Origin: an uncultured Methanosarcinales archaeon
GTDB lineage: Archaea; Halobacteriota; Methanosarcinia; Methanotrichales; Methanotrichaceae
NCBI GenBank assembly: GCA_963843555.1
Contig: CAWJKV010000007.1
Location: 1 to 64,000 of the forward strand
Direction: 5' to 3'
DNA: 64,000 nucleotides
The notes under the pieces are model-generated. The model worked only from the letters and a program-made list of their open reading frames with translations. It had not been told where the DNA came from and did no database searches. A program made the position numbers and the translations under genes. This document shows positions 32,336 through 42,386 of this stretch, piece after piece (position 1 is the first letter of the stretch; each line of letters opens with the position of its first letter).

Positions 32336-33349
32336 CTATCCGATCTCTCGACCTTCTTCCCTGCACAGGCACAGCAAATAGTCCTGCACCGATTTACTGT
32401 ATCCCTTACGGCTCGCCAGCCTCTGTATCTCCTTCATCACGCCGCTGCCATATTGCATGGCCTTCTTCTCGTGCCGGGCAATCTCTGAGGGCATGTACCT
32501 CTCTGCCACCTCCCGCAGCGGCTTCTTACGCACACCATCGCAAACCTTCTGCTCGGCTGGAATGGACTTTGCGGCTGCAACTACTCTCACATCCATGTAG
32601 GGCAGCGAGAAATAGGTGCCATGCAATGCCGCAACCGCCTGGTCTCTGGCCAGCTGCAAGGAGAGGCCCAGGAAATCCTTCTCCAGATCCTGGGCAAGGG
32701 TTTCAGTCTGCAGATAGCGGGCGTATCCCCCGAAGAGCTCATCCGCACCCTGGCCGGCCAGGATGCGCCGGTGGCCGTGCAGCCCGGCCCACTCCGCCAC
32801 ATAGTTGAGAGTCGTGGCTATGGACGCATTAACCGGATCTATCTTTGGGATCACTAACAGAACCTGCCGGAGGCTGTCTTCGATCGAACTCGGATCTATC
32901 AGAACCCGGTTGAGAGAGAGGCCGAGCTCATCTGCCACAGACTTTGCATGCAGCAGGTCATGGGAGCCTTCTACTCCCACCACCACACACTCTCTTCCGG
33001 ACAGGCGGGCAACAAGGGCCGAGTCGACGCCGCCCGACATAGCCACAACTCCTTCATCACTGCGAAGCCGGACTGCGATCTCTATGGCCTCAGCCAAACC
33101 CTCAGGGGGATTTTTCGGATCTACCTTTCCGATAACCTCATCGCCACAGACGACGCTTCCCGGGGGGCAGTCTCCCGACATTATCCCGAAATGATCGCGC
33201 GCCTTGCAGCCGTTCCATTCTAGAAAAAACTCGCCGCCAAGCCTTGAGATCATCTCCGGGCCCTGATGGAGAATGGTCTCAACCTCGCCCTCTGTCAAGC
33301 GTTCTCCTGCCAGCTCCATCCAGCCCCGAGCTCTGATCGACAGATCCAT
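32336..33349 (-). CDS. asparagine synthetase-family (PP-loop) protein
   Basis: ARDHFG, AMSGGVDS, GQGADELFGGY, KKAMQYGSG. Confidence 0.88.
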   Translation of the reverse strand: MDLSIRARGWMELAGERLTEGEVETILHQGPEMISRLGGEFFLEWNGCKARDHFGIMSGDCPPGSVVCGDEVIGKVDPKNPPEGLAEAIEIAVRLRSDEGVVAMSGGVDSALVARLSGRECVVVGVEGSHDLLHAKSVADELGLSLNRVLIDPSSIEDSLRQVLLVIPKIDPVNASIATTLNYVAEWAGLHGHRRILAGQGADELFGGYARYLQTETLAQDLEKDFLGLSLQLARDQAVAALHGTYFSLPYMDVRVVAAAKSIPAEQKVCDGVRKKPLREVAERYMPSEIARHEKKAMQYGSGVMKEIQRLASRKGYSKSVQDYLLCLCREEGREIG

Positions 33350-33474
33350 TCGATACCTCGATTATCCTTCCTGCAAATCAGCTTAAAAATGCTGTCGCAA
33401 GGAGGAAAATCGAAAGTTTTATTTGCCTCAGACAGAGCTTGCCCTGTATCAGAGATCGCAGTCGGAGGCGACAA

Positions 33475-34269
33475 GTGTCAATCGATGCAACAGAGGTCCT
33501 GGAAAGAGTCAGAAGAGAAAAGCCCCTCGTACTACATTTGACGAACTATGTTACCATTTACGACTGTGCCAATATCGTAAAAGTATTTGGAGCCTCGCCG
33601 GTCATGGCTCATGCCAGGGAAGAGGTCGCAGATATGGTGGATCTCGCTTCTGCCTTGGTTCTGAATATCGGCACTCTGACCTCTGATTTTGTCGATGCCA
33701 TGCTGCTCGCAGGGATTAGCGCAAACAACAAAGATATCCCGGTGGTACTTGATGTCTGCGGAGCCGGCGCCACAAAATTCCGTGACGACAAATGTTCTCT
33801 GATCCTGGACGAGGTATATGTGAGCATTATAAAGGGAAATTCTTCCGAGATTGCTCGCACTGCCGGGGAAGATGTTCAGACCAGGGGCGTGGATGCGGCA
33901 TTTGTGGAGAAGAATCTGCAGGATATAGCGCGAGAACTGGCCAAAAAAAGAGATTGCACCGTTGTTATCACCGGCCAAGAGGACACTGTGGCTGATGAAA
34001 AAAGAGTGGTGAAGGTGTTGAACGGCCATCCCATGATGGCAGATATCGTCGGCACAGGGTGCATGGCAACATCGGTGATAGGGACGTTTGCCGCCGTCGA
34101 AAAGGACTGCGTTGTCGCTTCTGTCGCAGGTCTTGTCTGCTACGAGGTTGCCGCAGAGATTGCGGCCAAAAATGCAAGCGGGCCGGGCAGCTTTAAGGAG
34201 AAGCTCTTTGACTCTGTGTACAATCTTGATTCCAGCACCATAAAAAGAATGCAGAGGATCGAAGGGTGA
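33475..34269 (+). CDS. thiM: hydroxyethylthiazole kinase
   Basis: PLVLHLTNYV, GASPVMA, NIGTL, IKGNSSEI, GTGC. Confidence 0.96.
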   Translation: MSIDATEVLERVRREKPLVLHLTNYVTIYDCANIVKVFGASPVMAHAREEVADMVDLASALVLNIGTLTSDFVDAMLLAGISANNKDIPVVLDVCGAGATKFRDDKCSLILDEVYVSIIKGNSSEIARTAGEDVQTRGVDAAFVEKNLQDIARELAKKRDCTVVITGQEDTVADEKRVVKVLNGHPMMADIVGTGCMATSVIGTFAAVEKDCVVASVAGLVCYEVAAEIAAKNASGPGSFKEKLFDSVYNLDSSTIKRMQRIEG

Positions 34270-34883
34270 AGGGATACTATTTCATAACCGACTCCAAACT
34301 GAGCCGCGCTGGGAATGTCAATGATGTAATCCGTGCAGTAGCGTGCGGGGTAGGTGTTGTTCAATACAGGAATAAGAATGCAGAGACCCGGAAGATGTAC
34401 GAAGAAGCCCTTTGCCTAAGGGAGATATGCCGGGATACAGTCTTTCTGATCAATGATCGGGTCGACATAGCGCTGGCAGCAAATGCGAACGGAGTTCACC
34501 TGGGTCAGTCCGACATGCCGTGTCTGGCAGCTCGCAAGCTGCTGGGGCCAGAGAAGATAATAGGCATTACCGTCCACAATCTCTCCGAAGCGCTGCAAGC
34601 TCAAAATGTTGGCGCCGATTATCTGGGTGTCTCGCCCATCTTCCCGACGGCGACGAAACCAGATGCAGGAAAGCCGTCTGGCATCTCTCTGATCGAAGAG
34701 ATTCGAGCCCATGTGGACATTCCACTCATTGCTATTGGCGGCATTAACCATTCCAATGCAGAATACGTCATCAAAGCGGGAGCCGACGGCCTGTGCGCCA
34801 TATCCTGCGTTATCGCCAAAGAGAATGTGAGCACTGAGATCAAGAAGTTTCAGGACTTATTTCGAGCGCTTGGAAATAGATAA
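34266..34883 (+). CDS. thiE: thiamine-phosphate synthase
   Basis: QYRNK, INDRVD, GVHLGQSD, TATKPD, AIGGI. Confidence 0.97.
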   Translation: MKGYYFITDSKLSRAGNVNDVIRAVACGVGVVQYRNKNAETRKMYEEALCLREICRDTVFLINDRVDIALAANANGVHLGQSDMPCLAARKLLGPEKIIGITVHNLSEALQAQNVGADYLGVSPIFPTATKPDAGKPSGISLIEEIRAHVDIPLIAIGGINHSNAEYVIKAGADGLCAISCVIAKENVSTEIKKFQDLFRALGNR

Positions 34884-35067
34884 ATTTAAAAAAACCAAAA
34901 GGTTATTACTACTGGACCTTACCCCGTTGTTCGTCACCTATGTATTCAGGGTTCCTGGTAATGTTCCTGCTCACACGGTTGCACTTGGCTCCTGGTGATC
35001 ATCTGACGGCTCCAGCTTGATTATGAGATCCCGCACTGGTTAAACGACCACCCAAGTACAAGTTTGA

Positions 35068-35562
35068 TTATAGTTTGACATTTACTGCTACTTCGTTCCT
35101 GCGAAGAAAGGGTAGAGTCCAGGGAGGGTTATAGCGCATCATAAAAGGTTCGCCCTCTATCTCTATTCCGTTACTTTTCAGTACCGCGAGCAACTTTTCA
35201 GTCTCTTCATCCATCTTCTTGGGACTGGAGAAACCGGAGAACCTTATAACAGCAACTTTGGCTTCTTGAACCTGATCTATCCCTATTTGAGCCATCAAAG
35301 GCTTGGGAAGGCTTTCCATGTTATACCGTTTGGGCATGATAAAGGACATTTTATCCCCATAGGTAACCACAGGTGCAGTCATACCTATACGTTCATTTTT
35401 TTCATTGTGGCCAAAAATATACTCTGCCAGGACGCCAAAGGATCTATTTTCCTGGCCCGTTTGGGATGTGGCTCTGATTTGAGGATCGTACTCTCTGATC
35501 TCGATGCCTTCCTCTAAAGTCTTTAAAACCGCATAGGAAGCCTCTTCAGTTCTCGTCGACAT
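35068..35562 (-). CDS. SOUL heme-binding protein
   Basis: LAEYIFG.N, IGMTAPV, MSFIMP, YNPPWTLPFLRRNEV. Confidence 0.92.
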   Translation of the reverse strand: MSTRTEEASYAVLKTLEEGIEIREYDPQIRATSQTGQENRSFGVLAEYIFGHNEKNERIGMTAPVVTYGDKMSFIMPKRYNMESLPKPLMAQIGIDQVQEAKVAVIRFSGFSSPKKMDEETEKLLAVLKSNGIEIEGEPFMMRYNPPWTLPFLRRNEVAVNVKL

Positions 35563-35575
35563 CCTTATCCCAATC

Positions 35576-36313
35576 CTATTTTTTCAAAAAGAAAAAGGCC
35601 ATTAGTGTTATGCTCATCAATGAAACGACTGTTCCGAGGCCGGGCTGGGCCATAGGGCCTCCGCCCCCCTGCGGACCGTTTGTTTGGTTGGCTTGACCAT
35701 TCCCTTGATAGTCATACGCAATCGATTGATTGACCGGGGTCCAATAATTCCTCATCTTCAGAGGAAATGCTATGTCACCGCCAGGGATCTCTCGGTCGCC
35801 GATCACGAAGACATATCTGCCCGCCTGTCCTTTATCATCCCAGACAGCTACCGAATAGCTACCATTGGCAGGCAGTTTTACGTACTGTTCTTGCCGTGTC
35901 CAGTAAGATGTGCGGCTGAAGGGCTCGAAGAATGATGTAGCATTTGCAGGTGATGGAAGGATCAGGACGCCAGAGTCTTGCGGTTTAATGACCTGTTTTG
36001 GCAAATCTCCGGGAGGCAACCCTGGACCTATCAATGCCATTGTAGGAGTGAAGTTCTCCTGTCCTGTAATTTGAGGTATGGTAATGCTCAGCAAGACGGA
36101 CTGATTCTGGCTGCCATTAAATTCATAGTAATCTACATCATTCGGCGTTTCAAGCGTTGCATACATAGCGGTCGAAATAGTAGGGTCTTCAATATGCCCG
36201 GGATTGCCGGCAGTGAAATCCTCTTCTTCGAAGAAAGGTTGATGGGCTAATGCAGGCACAATCAAGACGAGAATTGCAGTTACAATTATTGGGGCAATGG
36301 AAGCTCGTTTCAT
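35576..36313 (-). CDS. secreted protein with PGF-CTERM-like anchor
   Basis: Signal peptide; C-terminal QPGLG followed by a hydrophobic helix and KK. Confidence 0.75.
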   Translation of the reverse strand: MKRASIAPIIVTAILVLIVPALAHQPFFEEEDFTAGNPGHIEDPTISTAMYATLETPNDVDYYEFNGSQNQSVLLSITIPQITGQENFTPTMALIGPGLPPGDLPKQVIKPQDSGVLILPSPANATSFFEPFSRTSYWTRQEQYVKLPANGSYSVAVWDDKGQAGRYVFVIGDREIPGGDIAFPLKMRNYWTPVNQSIAYDYQGNGQANQTNGPQGGGGPMAQPGLGTVVSLMSITLMAFFFLKK

Positions 36314-36514
36314 GCTGGTATCCTCTCCTAATGCTTCAGGACCTCATTTCAATAAGAGCCTTTATGCAGATTGTCGGATGGGTACAAAAAGTTTGGCATA
36401 ACAAACGAATAGATTTATTAGTTATCCCCGGCTATTAATAGTAATAATAAATACTGTGAGTGAGAATATGCAGATAAAAATCATGACTATTCTAGCCGCA
36501 CTCGGGAGACTTGA

Positions 36515-37312
36515 ATGGTAGAGACGATTGACCTGAAGAATCGCGACATTTTTCGGCAAGGAGCCAACCTCCTCTTTGCCATAGCTCAATTTTTTGTCAC
36601 CTTTCTCCCGGCCTTTGGCATTGGCATAGGAATCGGTGATCGTGCTGTGGGGGAGAGCCCTGCGGTTGGACCCATCTACTGGGCCTTTTTTATTTGGTTC
36701 TTGATCTTCCCCGCCTGTATTGCTTACGGGATCTACCAAGCACTTCCAACCCAGCGAGAAAACGAGATCCTTCGCCGCATTGGGTTCTACACTGCATCCG
36801 GGTTCATTGGGGTTACGGCATACGCCCTGGTGGCACAATTTGGGGGCAGTGATTGGACCCTCATAGCGATCTTTGTATGGATTCTCGCATCGCTCCTTTT
36901 TGCGTATTTTCGTCTTGCAGATTACCAGCATCTACTCACTCAAAGAGAGCGGTATGTTGTGCTGGCGCCAATCAGTCTGCTCACCGGCTGGGTAAGCCTT
37001 GCAATCCTTGTCAACCTCGCCAGCGCCCTGAAAATCTCAGGCATCATACCATCAGGGACCGCTGAAACGGTATTTTCTGTCTTTTTGCTCTTGGTTGCCC
37101 TTCTTGTTGCATCCCTTATTATCCTCAAAGGAAAAGGAGACCCGTGGTACGCGTTTCCGGTTATTTGGGGGCTGATAGGAGTCGTCATAGCCAACATCCA
37201 GGAACGACCAAATTATGTAGTGGCAGTCACCTCTGGATGTGTCGCACTCGCTATCTTAGGAGTTCTGCTAATGGTACGACGAAGGGAGAAGGAATTGCAC
37301 CAGAGGAATTGA
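36515..37312 (+). CDS. polytopic membrane protein, TspO-related
   Basis: About 8 TM helices; P..WAFFIW.LI, YGIYQALP, GWVSLA, WGLIG patterns. Confidence 0.7.
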   Translation: MVETIDLKNRDIFRQGANLLFAIAQFFVTFLPAFGIGIGIGDRAVGESPAVGPIYWAFFIWFLIFPACIAYGIYQALPTQRENEILRRIGFYTASGFIGVTAYALVAQFGGSDWTLIAIFVWILASLLFAYFRLADYQHLLTQRERYVVLAPISLLTGWVSLAILVNLASALKISGIIPSGTAETVFSVFLLLVALLVASLIILKGKGDPWYAFPVIWGLIGVVIANIQERPNYVVAVTSGCVALAILGVLLMVRRREKELHQRN

Positions 37313-37363
37313 TTATTGAACCACCAACAGCAATAATAAGCGCGCCATCTATAACTGCTATTC

Positions 37364-37453
37364 ATGAGAATCTTCAGCAGGCCGAAGATAGTCATAAGCA
37401 AATGCATCGAGTTTGATCACTGCAGATACGATGGCAGTTTGATTTTTAAATGA
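37364..37453 (+). pseudogene. 5' fragment of a DUF523/DUF1722 (YbbK/YbgA-like) gene
   Basis: MRIFSRPKIVISKCIEFDHCRYDGSLIFK* matches the SxC...RYDG N-terminus of the family. Confidence 0.7.
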
Positions 37454-37455
37454 AT

Positions 37456-37477
37456 ACCCCGCAGCTTGCAGCGGGGT
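37456..37477. mobile_element. GC-rich hairpin resembling an IS200/IS605-type end or MITE scar
   Basis: accccgc-agcttgca-gcggggt directly after the truncation point; family assignment from recall only. Confidence 0.45.
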
Positions 37478-37534
37478 GCGCTGTTTGACTTTCCTTGATT
37501 TCATTCTTGCTCACGTATCCGATCATTAATTTTG

Positions 37535-37885
37535 TCAGATTTTGGATCTAGGGAGCATTTTGGCAGAACGGAAGGCTCTCTTGAGGTAACCCCTCTCTCG
37601 CTGCTTCAAGAGATAGTAGACAATTATGCCCAGCAATCCCGCAATCATACTGCCCAGAAATATCCATAGCTTAACATGCGGCGTTCCTCTCCAGGTATCG
37701 ATATCGTGGGTGCTGAGTGTTATCAGCTCATCCTCGATTCCCGGAGACAGCTCCAATGCGGTTTCCAGGTCTTGACGATCTCCCGCGCCGGTATCGTCGG
37801 TCGAGCGGGTTGTCGGAGTCTTCCAGACTTTCATTTTTGAGCCAGAAGAGCCGGCATCCAATATCTTTATGGTCTGGAATAGCAA
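37535..37885 (-). CDS. hypothetical single-TM protein
   Basis: 116-aa ORF with one hydrophobic helix and a basic tail. Confidence 0.45.
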   Translation of the reverse strand: MLFQTIKILDAGSSGSKMKVWKTPTTRSTDDTGAGDRQDLETALELSPGIEDELITLSTHDIDTWRGTPHVKLWIFLGSMIAGLLGIIVYYLLKQRERGYLKRAFRSAKMLPRSKI

Positions 37886-37918
37886 CTCTTTATCAAGACC
37901 AAGAATAGAGGCTTATAT

Positions 37919-38500
37919 ATGCTGGAAAAGCTCACGAAATCATTGCTGGAGGCTCCCGTATTCAAGCGAGGAAGCTACAACTACTTCATACATCCCATCA
38001 CAGACGGGGTGCCCGAGATCAGGCCGGAGCTTATCCGGGAGGTTACAGCCAACATCGTGCGCATCGCCAATCTGGAGGTGGACAAAATTGTGACTGTGGA
38101 GGCTATGGGAATTCCTATAGGCATCGGGCTCTCCATTATCTGCGATATCCCTCTGGTGATAATACGCAAACGTAAATACGGACTTCCCGGCGAGATCGAA
38201 ATCAGTCAGAAGACCGGCTACTCCAAGTCGCAGCTCTTTTTAAACGGCATAAACAAGGGCGACCGGGTCATCGTAGTGGACGATGTGATCAGCACGGGTG
38301 GAACTCTCCTTGCCACGCTGGAATCTCTGAATGCGGCAGGTGCGATAGTTAAGGATGTAGTCATAGTGGTGCAGCGAGGAGACGGTGTAGAGAGGCTGAA
38401 ATCCGCAGGCTATGCCATCAAGACCATGGTCCAGGTCGAGGTTGATGAGAGCCGGGTGACCAGAGTTATCGAATCCCATAACGACCGCTGTGCCGTTTGA
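37919..38500 (+). CDS. hpt: archaeal hypoxanthine/guanine phosphoribosyltransferase
   Basis: YFIHPITDGVP, EAMGIP, QKTGYS, VVDDVISTGGT. Confidence 0.92.
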   Translation: MLEKLTKSLLEAPVFKRGSYNYFIHPITDGVPEIRPELIREVTANIVRIANLEVDKIVTVEAMGIPIGIGLSIICDIPLVIIRKRKYGLPGEIEISQKTGYSKSQLFLNGINKGDRVIVVDDVISTGGTLLATLESLNAAGAIVKDVVIVVQRGDGVERLKSAGYAIKTMVQVEVDESRVTRVIESHNDRCAV

Positions 38501-38540
38501 AATAATCAATTGCCGTGGCATGAGCCCAAAAGAGACCAAG

Positions 38541-38825
38541 ATGAATCCGGAAAAGAATCCCGAAAATAGCTCCGGGAGATGCCTGGAGAAAGGTCTGGAA
38601 GAAGATCTGCGTGTGGAGACCCTGAAGTGGCTGGAGAAGGCAGAGGTGCTCATTTGCCAGGTATCGGGTGATGAACATTTCCTGGATAACGTCTCAGCCT
38701 ACATCCGCGACTCCCATTATTTTCTGGAAAAAGGAGATCTTATCAGAGCCTTCGAAGCAGTGATTTGGGCCTGGGCCTGGATGGAGATCGGCCTGGCGGA
38801 GAAGCTTCTGCAGCAGAAAGGGTGA
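38541..38825 (+). CDS. DUF357 protein
   Basis: AYIRDSHYFLEKGDLIRAFEAVIWAWAW. Confidence 0.85.
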   Translation: MNPEKNPENSSGRCLEKGLEEDLRVETLKWLEKAEVLICQVSGDEHFLDNVSAYIRDSHYFLEKGDLIRAFEAVIWAWAWMEIGLAEKLLQQKG

Positions 38826-38955
38826 CAGGCATGCCAATCTGGCAGAGACGGCCCGGATATACCCATCCCACCAGCATCCTCAAGGCTGCGATCTCACGAA
38901 TATCAGTAACTTTAGGTTAGTATTATATACTTAGACTTACCTACGCGAACTCAGG

Positions 38956-39456
38956 ATGAAGATTGATTACGGATCCCGGCTGGATGAGGCAAAGTCCCTG
39001 GCGGACATCTTCGAAGTGGTCAAATCATTGGTACTGAAGAGCACCGGCAAGTGCAGAGGAGGGCTGATGCTGGGCATGGCCAACCTGGGAAACCATCCGC
39101 AGGGGTTTTTTGGTGGCTTCTTCACCACAGGCTCGAATGTCATCGTCCTGAATAAGATACCGCTGCAAAGGATCAAAGAAACAAGGCCAGAGCTCTACAA
39201 GCCTTATGTCTTTCATGTGCTGCTGCATGAGTATATCCACTCTCTGGGCTACCTGGATGAAGCGGAGGTTCGCTCCAAGGTTCATCATATCACAAGAGAG
39301 GCTCTGGGTGATGAGCACCTGGCAACGAAGATGGCAGCAAACGCTGAAGGTTTCATAAAGCACCTGGCCTACCCGGATATATCCTGGAAACCGGATGATA
39401 CCGGACTCGAATTGGTAGAAGGCTTCGATAGGTCTAGCGTTTCGTACATCGCGTAA
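38956..39456 (+). CDS. putative zinc metallopeptidase-like protein
   Basis: VLLHEYIHSLG (HExxH). Confidence 0.7.
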   Translation: MKIDYGSRLDEAKSLADIFEVVKSLVLKSTGKCRGGLMLGMANLGNHPQGFFGGFFTTGSNVIVLNKIPLQRIKETRPELYKPYVFHVLLHEYIHSLGYLDEAEVRSKVHHITREALGDEHLATKMAANAEGFIKHLAYPDISWKPDDTGLELVEGFDRSSVSYIA

Positions 39457-39515
39457 AGGAATAGAGTCAATGGCTTGGGGTTGTCTCCAGATTTGCAGGG
39501 CAGTATTCCAGTCGG

Positions 39516-40085
39516 TCAAAATATTATAAAAAATAACGCGGCGGCGACCGGGATGGTGAGATTATCATCGACGGGCGTGGGAAGGCTTTCCACAACTGCA
39601 GTAAGAGCGGCAAGTGCAACTCCCATCCAACCAACAAACAGAAAGGCAGTTAAGGAAAAAACGAAGAATGCAATAGATCCCTCAATGGTTTTGCATCTGT
39701 TATAGGGAAGCGGATGCTGGCCTCTGACTCCGAATATCGTGGCCGCAGAGTCTCCCGCCGCCAGAGTCAAAATTGCTGCGGCTATTTCATCAGGATTGCC
39801 AAGAAATAGAGCTGCCAGCAGCGTTCCTACTACATACCAGAAGGCTCCGTAGCCCGGGAACCTGACGTTCTCTCTTTCGAATGTCTCCTCAAACCAGCCA
39901 ACAACTGGAATTTGCCGACCTTGCAGTCTCAACACAACCATAATTGATCCCAAAAGAAGCATAAGACTCAAGAGAATAATCAAATTTTTGCGGCCAGAAT
40001 AAAAAAGAACTGATATCAAAATTAAGCCAAAAAACGAATGCAAAAGTTTCCTTTTCAGCTCAAATTTGAGTATATCTCTCTTCAT
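39516..40085 (-). CDS. polyprenol/phytol kinase-like membrane protein
   Basis: RKLLH, GDSAATIFG, KTIEGS, DDNLTIP. Confidence 0.88.
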   Translation of the reverse strand: MKRDILKFELKRKLLHSFFGLILISVLFYSGRKNLIILLSLMLLLGSIMVVLRLQGRQIPVVGWFEETFERENVRFPGYGAFWYVVGTLLAALFLGNPDEIAAAILTLAAGDSAATIFGVRGQHPLPYNRCKTIEGSIAFFVFSLTAFLFVGWMGVALAALTAVVESLPTPVDDNLTIPVAAALFFIIF

Positions 40086-40269
40086 AAAACCTCAGCGGTC
40101 TACCTCGACCACCGCTTTAATGGCGATACTGGTTGAAATGCTTAAGTGACCTCTCAGATGAGCCGCCCAAGTGGTCTCATAAGTGATATAGCTCTTCAAC
40201 ATATAAGGAATAATGAGATACGCATGTGGGGCACAATCCAGATTATCGAGCCTCCAAATCTGCTTCCTA

Positions 40270-40380
40270 TTAGATTTAACTCCTTCCACAACTCCGATCT
40301 CATCTTTGTCAGCCCGTAAAGCTCGTAGACCAGGCATCTATCTGGCGGTCCGTGGCCTCGATCTGGCGCTTGTGGGGGTG
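40270..40380 (-). pseudogene. C-terminal remnant of a Type IIG/Eco57I-like restriction-modification enzyme
   Basis: KRQIEATDRQIDA/LVYELYGLT/DEIGVVEG read across two frameshifts. Confidence 0.65.
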
Positions 40381-40687
40381 CCGCCAATTCTCTGCCCTTC
40401 AGGAATAGTCAATTCCCGCTCTACCGAAAAAAGCTTGCGGAAGAATCGGATGGATTCTGATTCCTCTGACGCTTCTCAAAAATGAGCCGTCATGCAATCA
40501 GATCATCACAAACTGATGTATGCATGGAAAATCGTTTCATGATCCTTCAAGATCCTTCGCTGCCGGAACCATTGTCATCCGGAAGTGATTGCTCCATAAG
40601 CAGCGTTCACTGGAAAATTTATTATATTCTGCCATTCAGTGATATTCGAGGTATGAGATGGCTTCCAATAAAGGCCTGAAGTGGCCC

Positions 40688-41713
40688 ATGAAATATATAA
40701 TTTCTATCATAATTCTTTTTATGATATCTGCATCATCACTCGCGGCCACGATCACTGTTCAGCCCGGGGAGAGCATACAGGCGGCCGTCGATTTGGCCCG
40801 CCCTGGTGACATCATCATGGTTGAGAGCGGAACCTATGAAGGGAGCTTGGAAATCGATAAACCGCTCACCCTTATCGGTACCGACTCTGGAGAGGGAATG
40901 CCGGTGATTGATATCGGATCCATGTTTGGATCAGTGCGCCTGGCTGCAGACGGATGCCAGATTACGGGATTCAGGATCTCGAACTCGCAAGGTCACGGCA
41001 TTGGTGTGAATTCCAACCATAACAAGATCGCCAATAATACCATCGAGGCATGTGGGGCTTGCATTTACCTTGGGGGAGCAAATGGAAACATAATCTCCCG
41101 TAACGATGCAAAAGTCCTCTGTCAGGGATTGATGGGCCTGCTCCCCAGTGACGCAATTCAGCTGATGGATTCAAATGACAATCTCATTGAAGGCAATACC
41201 GCTTCAGACGCATGGATCGGTATATATCTGATGCATTCCCACAATAACACTGTTATGAAGAACATAGCCCTTGAGAACGATCACGGAATCGCTATCCTGG
41301 GCACTAACGAAAACAGCATCCTGGAAAATAACGCCAGCAACAATAAAGAGGAGGGAATTGGTCTTCTCGATGGCTGCGTAGATAATGTCATCGCAAAGAA
41401 CACGGTGCAGGGCAACGCCATAGGAATTTATATTCAGGATTCAAGTAATAATAATACAATTTATCTGAACGATTTTATGAACAACGAACGAAACGTCGAG
41501 TCCATAGATTCGAAGAACAGATGGAACTCACCGGAGAACATCAGCTATTCATCCGGAAGCGAGCGCATCACCGGCCTACTGGGAAACCGATGGTCCGACT
41601 ATAAGGGTATGGACTCCGACGGAGATGGTGTGGGTGATACAGGCTTTAGCTTCGAAGGCGGAAAGGATGACTATCCTCTGATGGAGCGATGGAGTGATCT
41701 TATCAAGGCCTAG
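40688..41713 (+). CDS. secreted NosD/parallel beta-helix (CASH) protein
   Basis: Signal peptide, SIQAAVD, repeated GI.L..S.NN units, GNRWSDY, DDYPL. Confidence 0.9.
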   Translation: MKYIISIIILFMISASSLAATITVQPGESIQAAVDLARPGDIIMVESGTYEGSLEIDKPLTLIGTDSGEGMPVIDIGSMFGSVRLAADGCQITGFRISNSQGHGIGVNSNHNKIANNTIEACGACIYLGGANGNIISRNDAKVLCQGLMGLLPSDAIQLMDSNDNLIEGNTASDAWIGIYLMHSHNNTVMKNIALENDHGIAILGTNENSILENNASNNKEEGIGLLDGCVDNVIAKNTVQGNAIGIYIQDSSNNNTIYLNDFMNNERNVESIDSKNRWNSPENISYSSGSERITGLLGNRWSDYKGMDSDGDGVGDTGFSFEGGKDDYPLMERWSDLIKA

Positions 41714-41827
41714 ATACTCCTTCAAAGTGCAAGTGGAGAAGGAGATAAAATGGGAAGAGACTCATTCCGCAGATCGCCGACCCGAAGGAGATGCCGCCCA
41801 TGTGATGCCGCCCTCCCTGGGCCGGCC

Positions 41828-42326
41828 CTATAGCAATAGTTCATACTTGACTTCGGTAACCATGCTGCCCCACAGCTCATGCGTCAGCTCCTCCGTCTGC
41901 CTGAATCCCACGGATTGGTAGAGCTTTGCGGCTATGGGGAGCGTATTCACCGTCCAGAGAAACACCGATGAGTATCCCGCATCCCGGCTGAAATCCAGAG
42001 CCTCTTCTACGAGCTTCCTCCCTATCCCACGGCCCCGCACCTCCGGGTCCAGGAGCAGCCAGCGGAGCTGAGCCTCTCTCTCTCGTGAACTTCACTATGG
42101 CCACGGAGCCAACGATCCGCTCTCCATCTTCGACGATCCATATGCGCTCCCCGGGCGAGGGCGATCTGGCAAATTCGGCCAGAGGAATGGCGACATAAGC
42201 GTCGAAGGTATGATCCCAGCCCTGATCGGCATACAGAATGCCGTGCAGGTATGTGATATAACCCACATCACCTGGCCGGAGGTCATGCCGTATGGAAATT
42301 CGGCGATCGAAGGAGGGCTCGCTCAT
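41828..42326 (-). CDS. GNAT acetyltransferase (frameshifted)
   Basis: RGRGIGRKLV, LWTVNTL.AA.LYQSVGF. Confidence 0.85.
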
Positions 42327-42386
42327 GATGCTCTGGCCTTTGTTACGGATGAATAATCAATTTATCGAATTATCGAAGACTTCCGC

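Noticed and set aside
33350..33474. TPP riboswitch before thiM
   Set aside because: The conserved CTGAGA and associated core elements were not found
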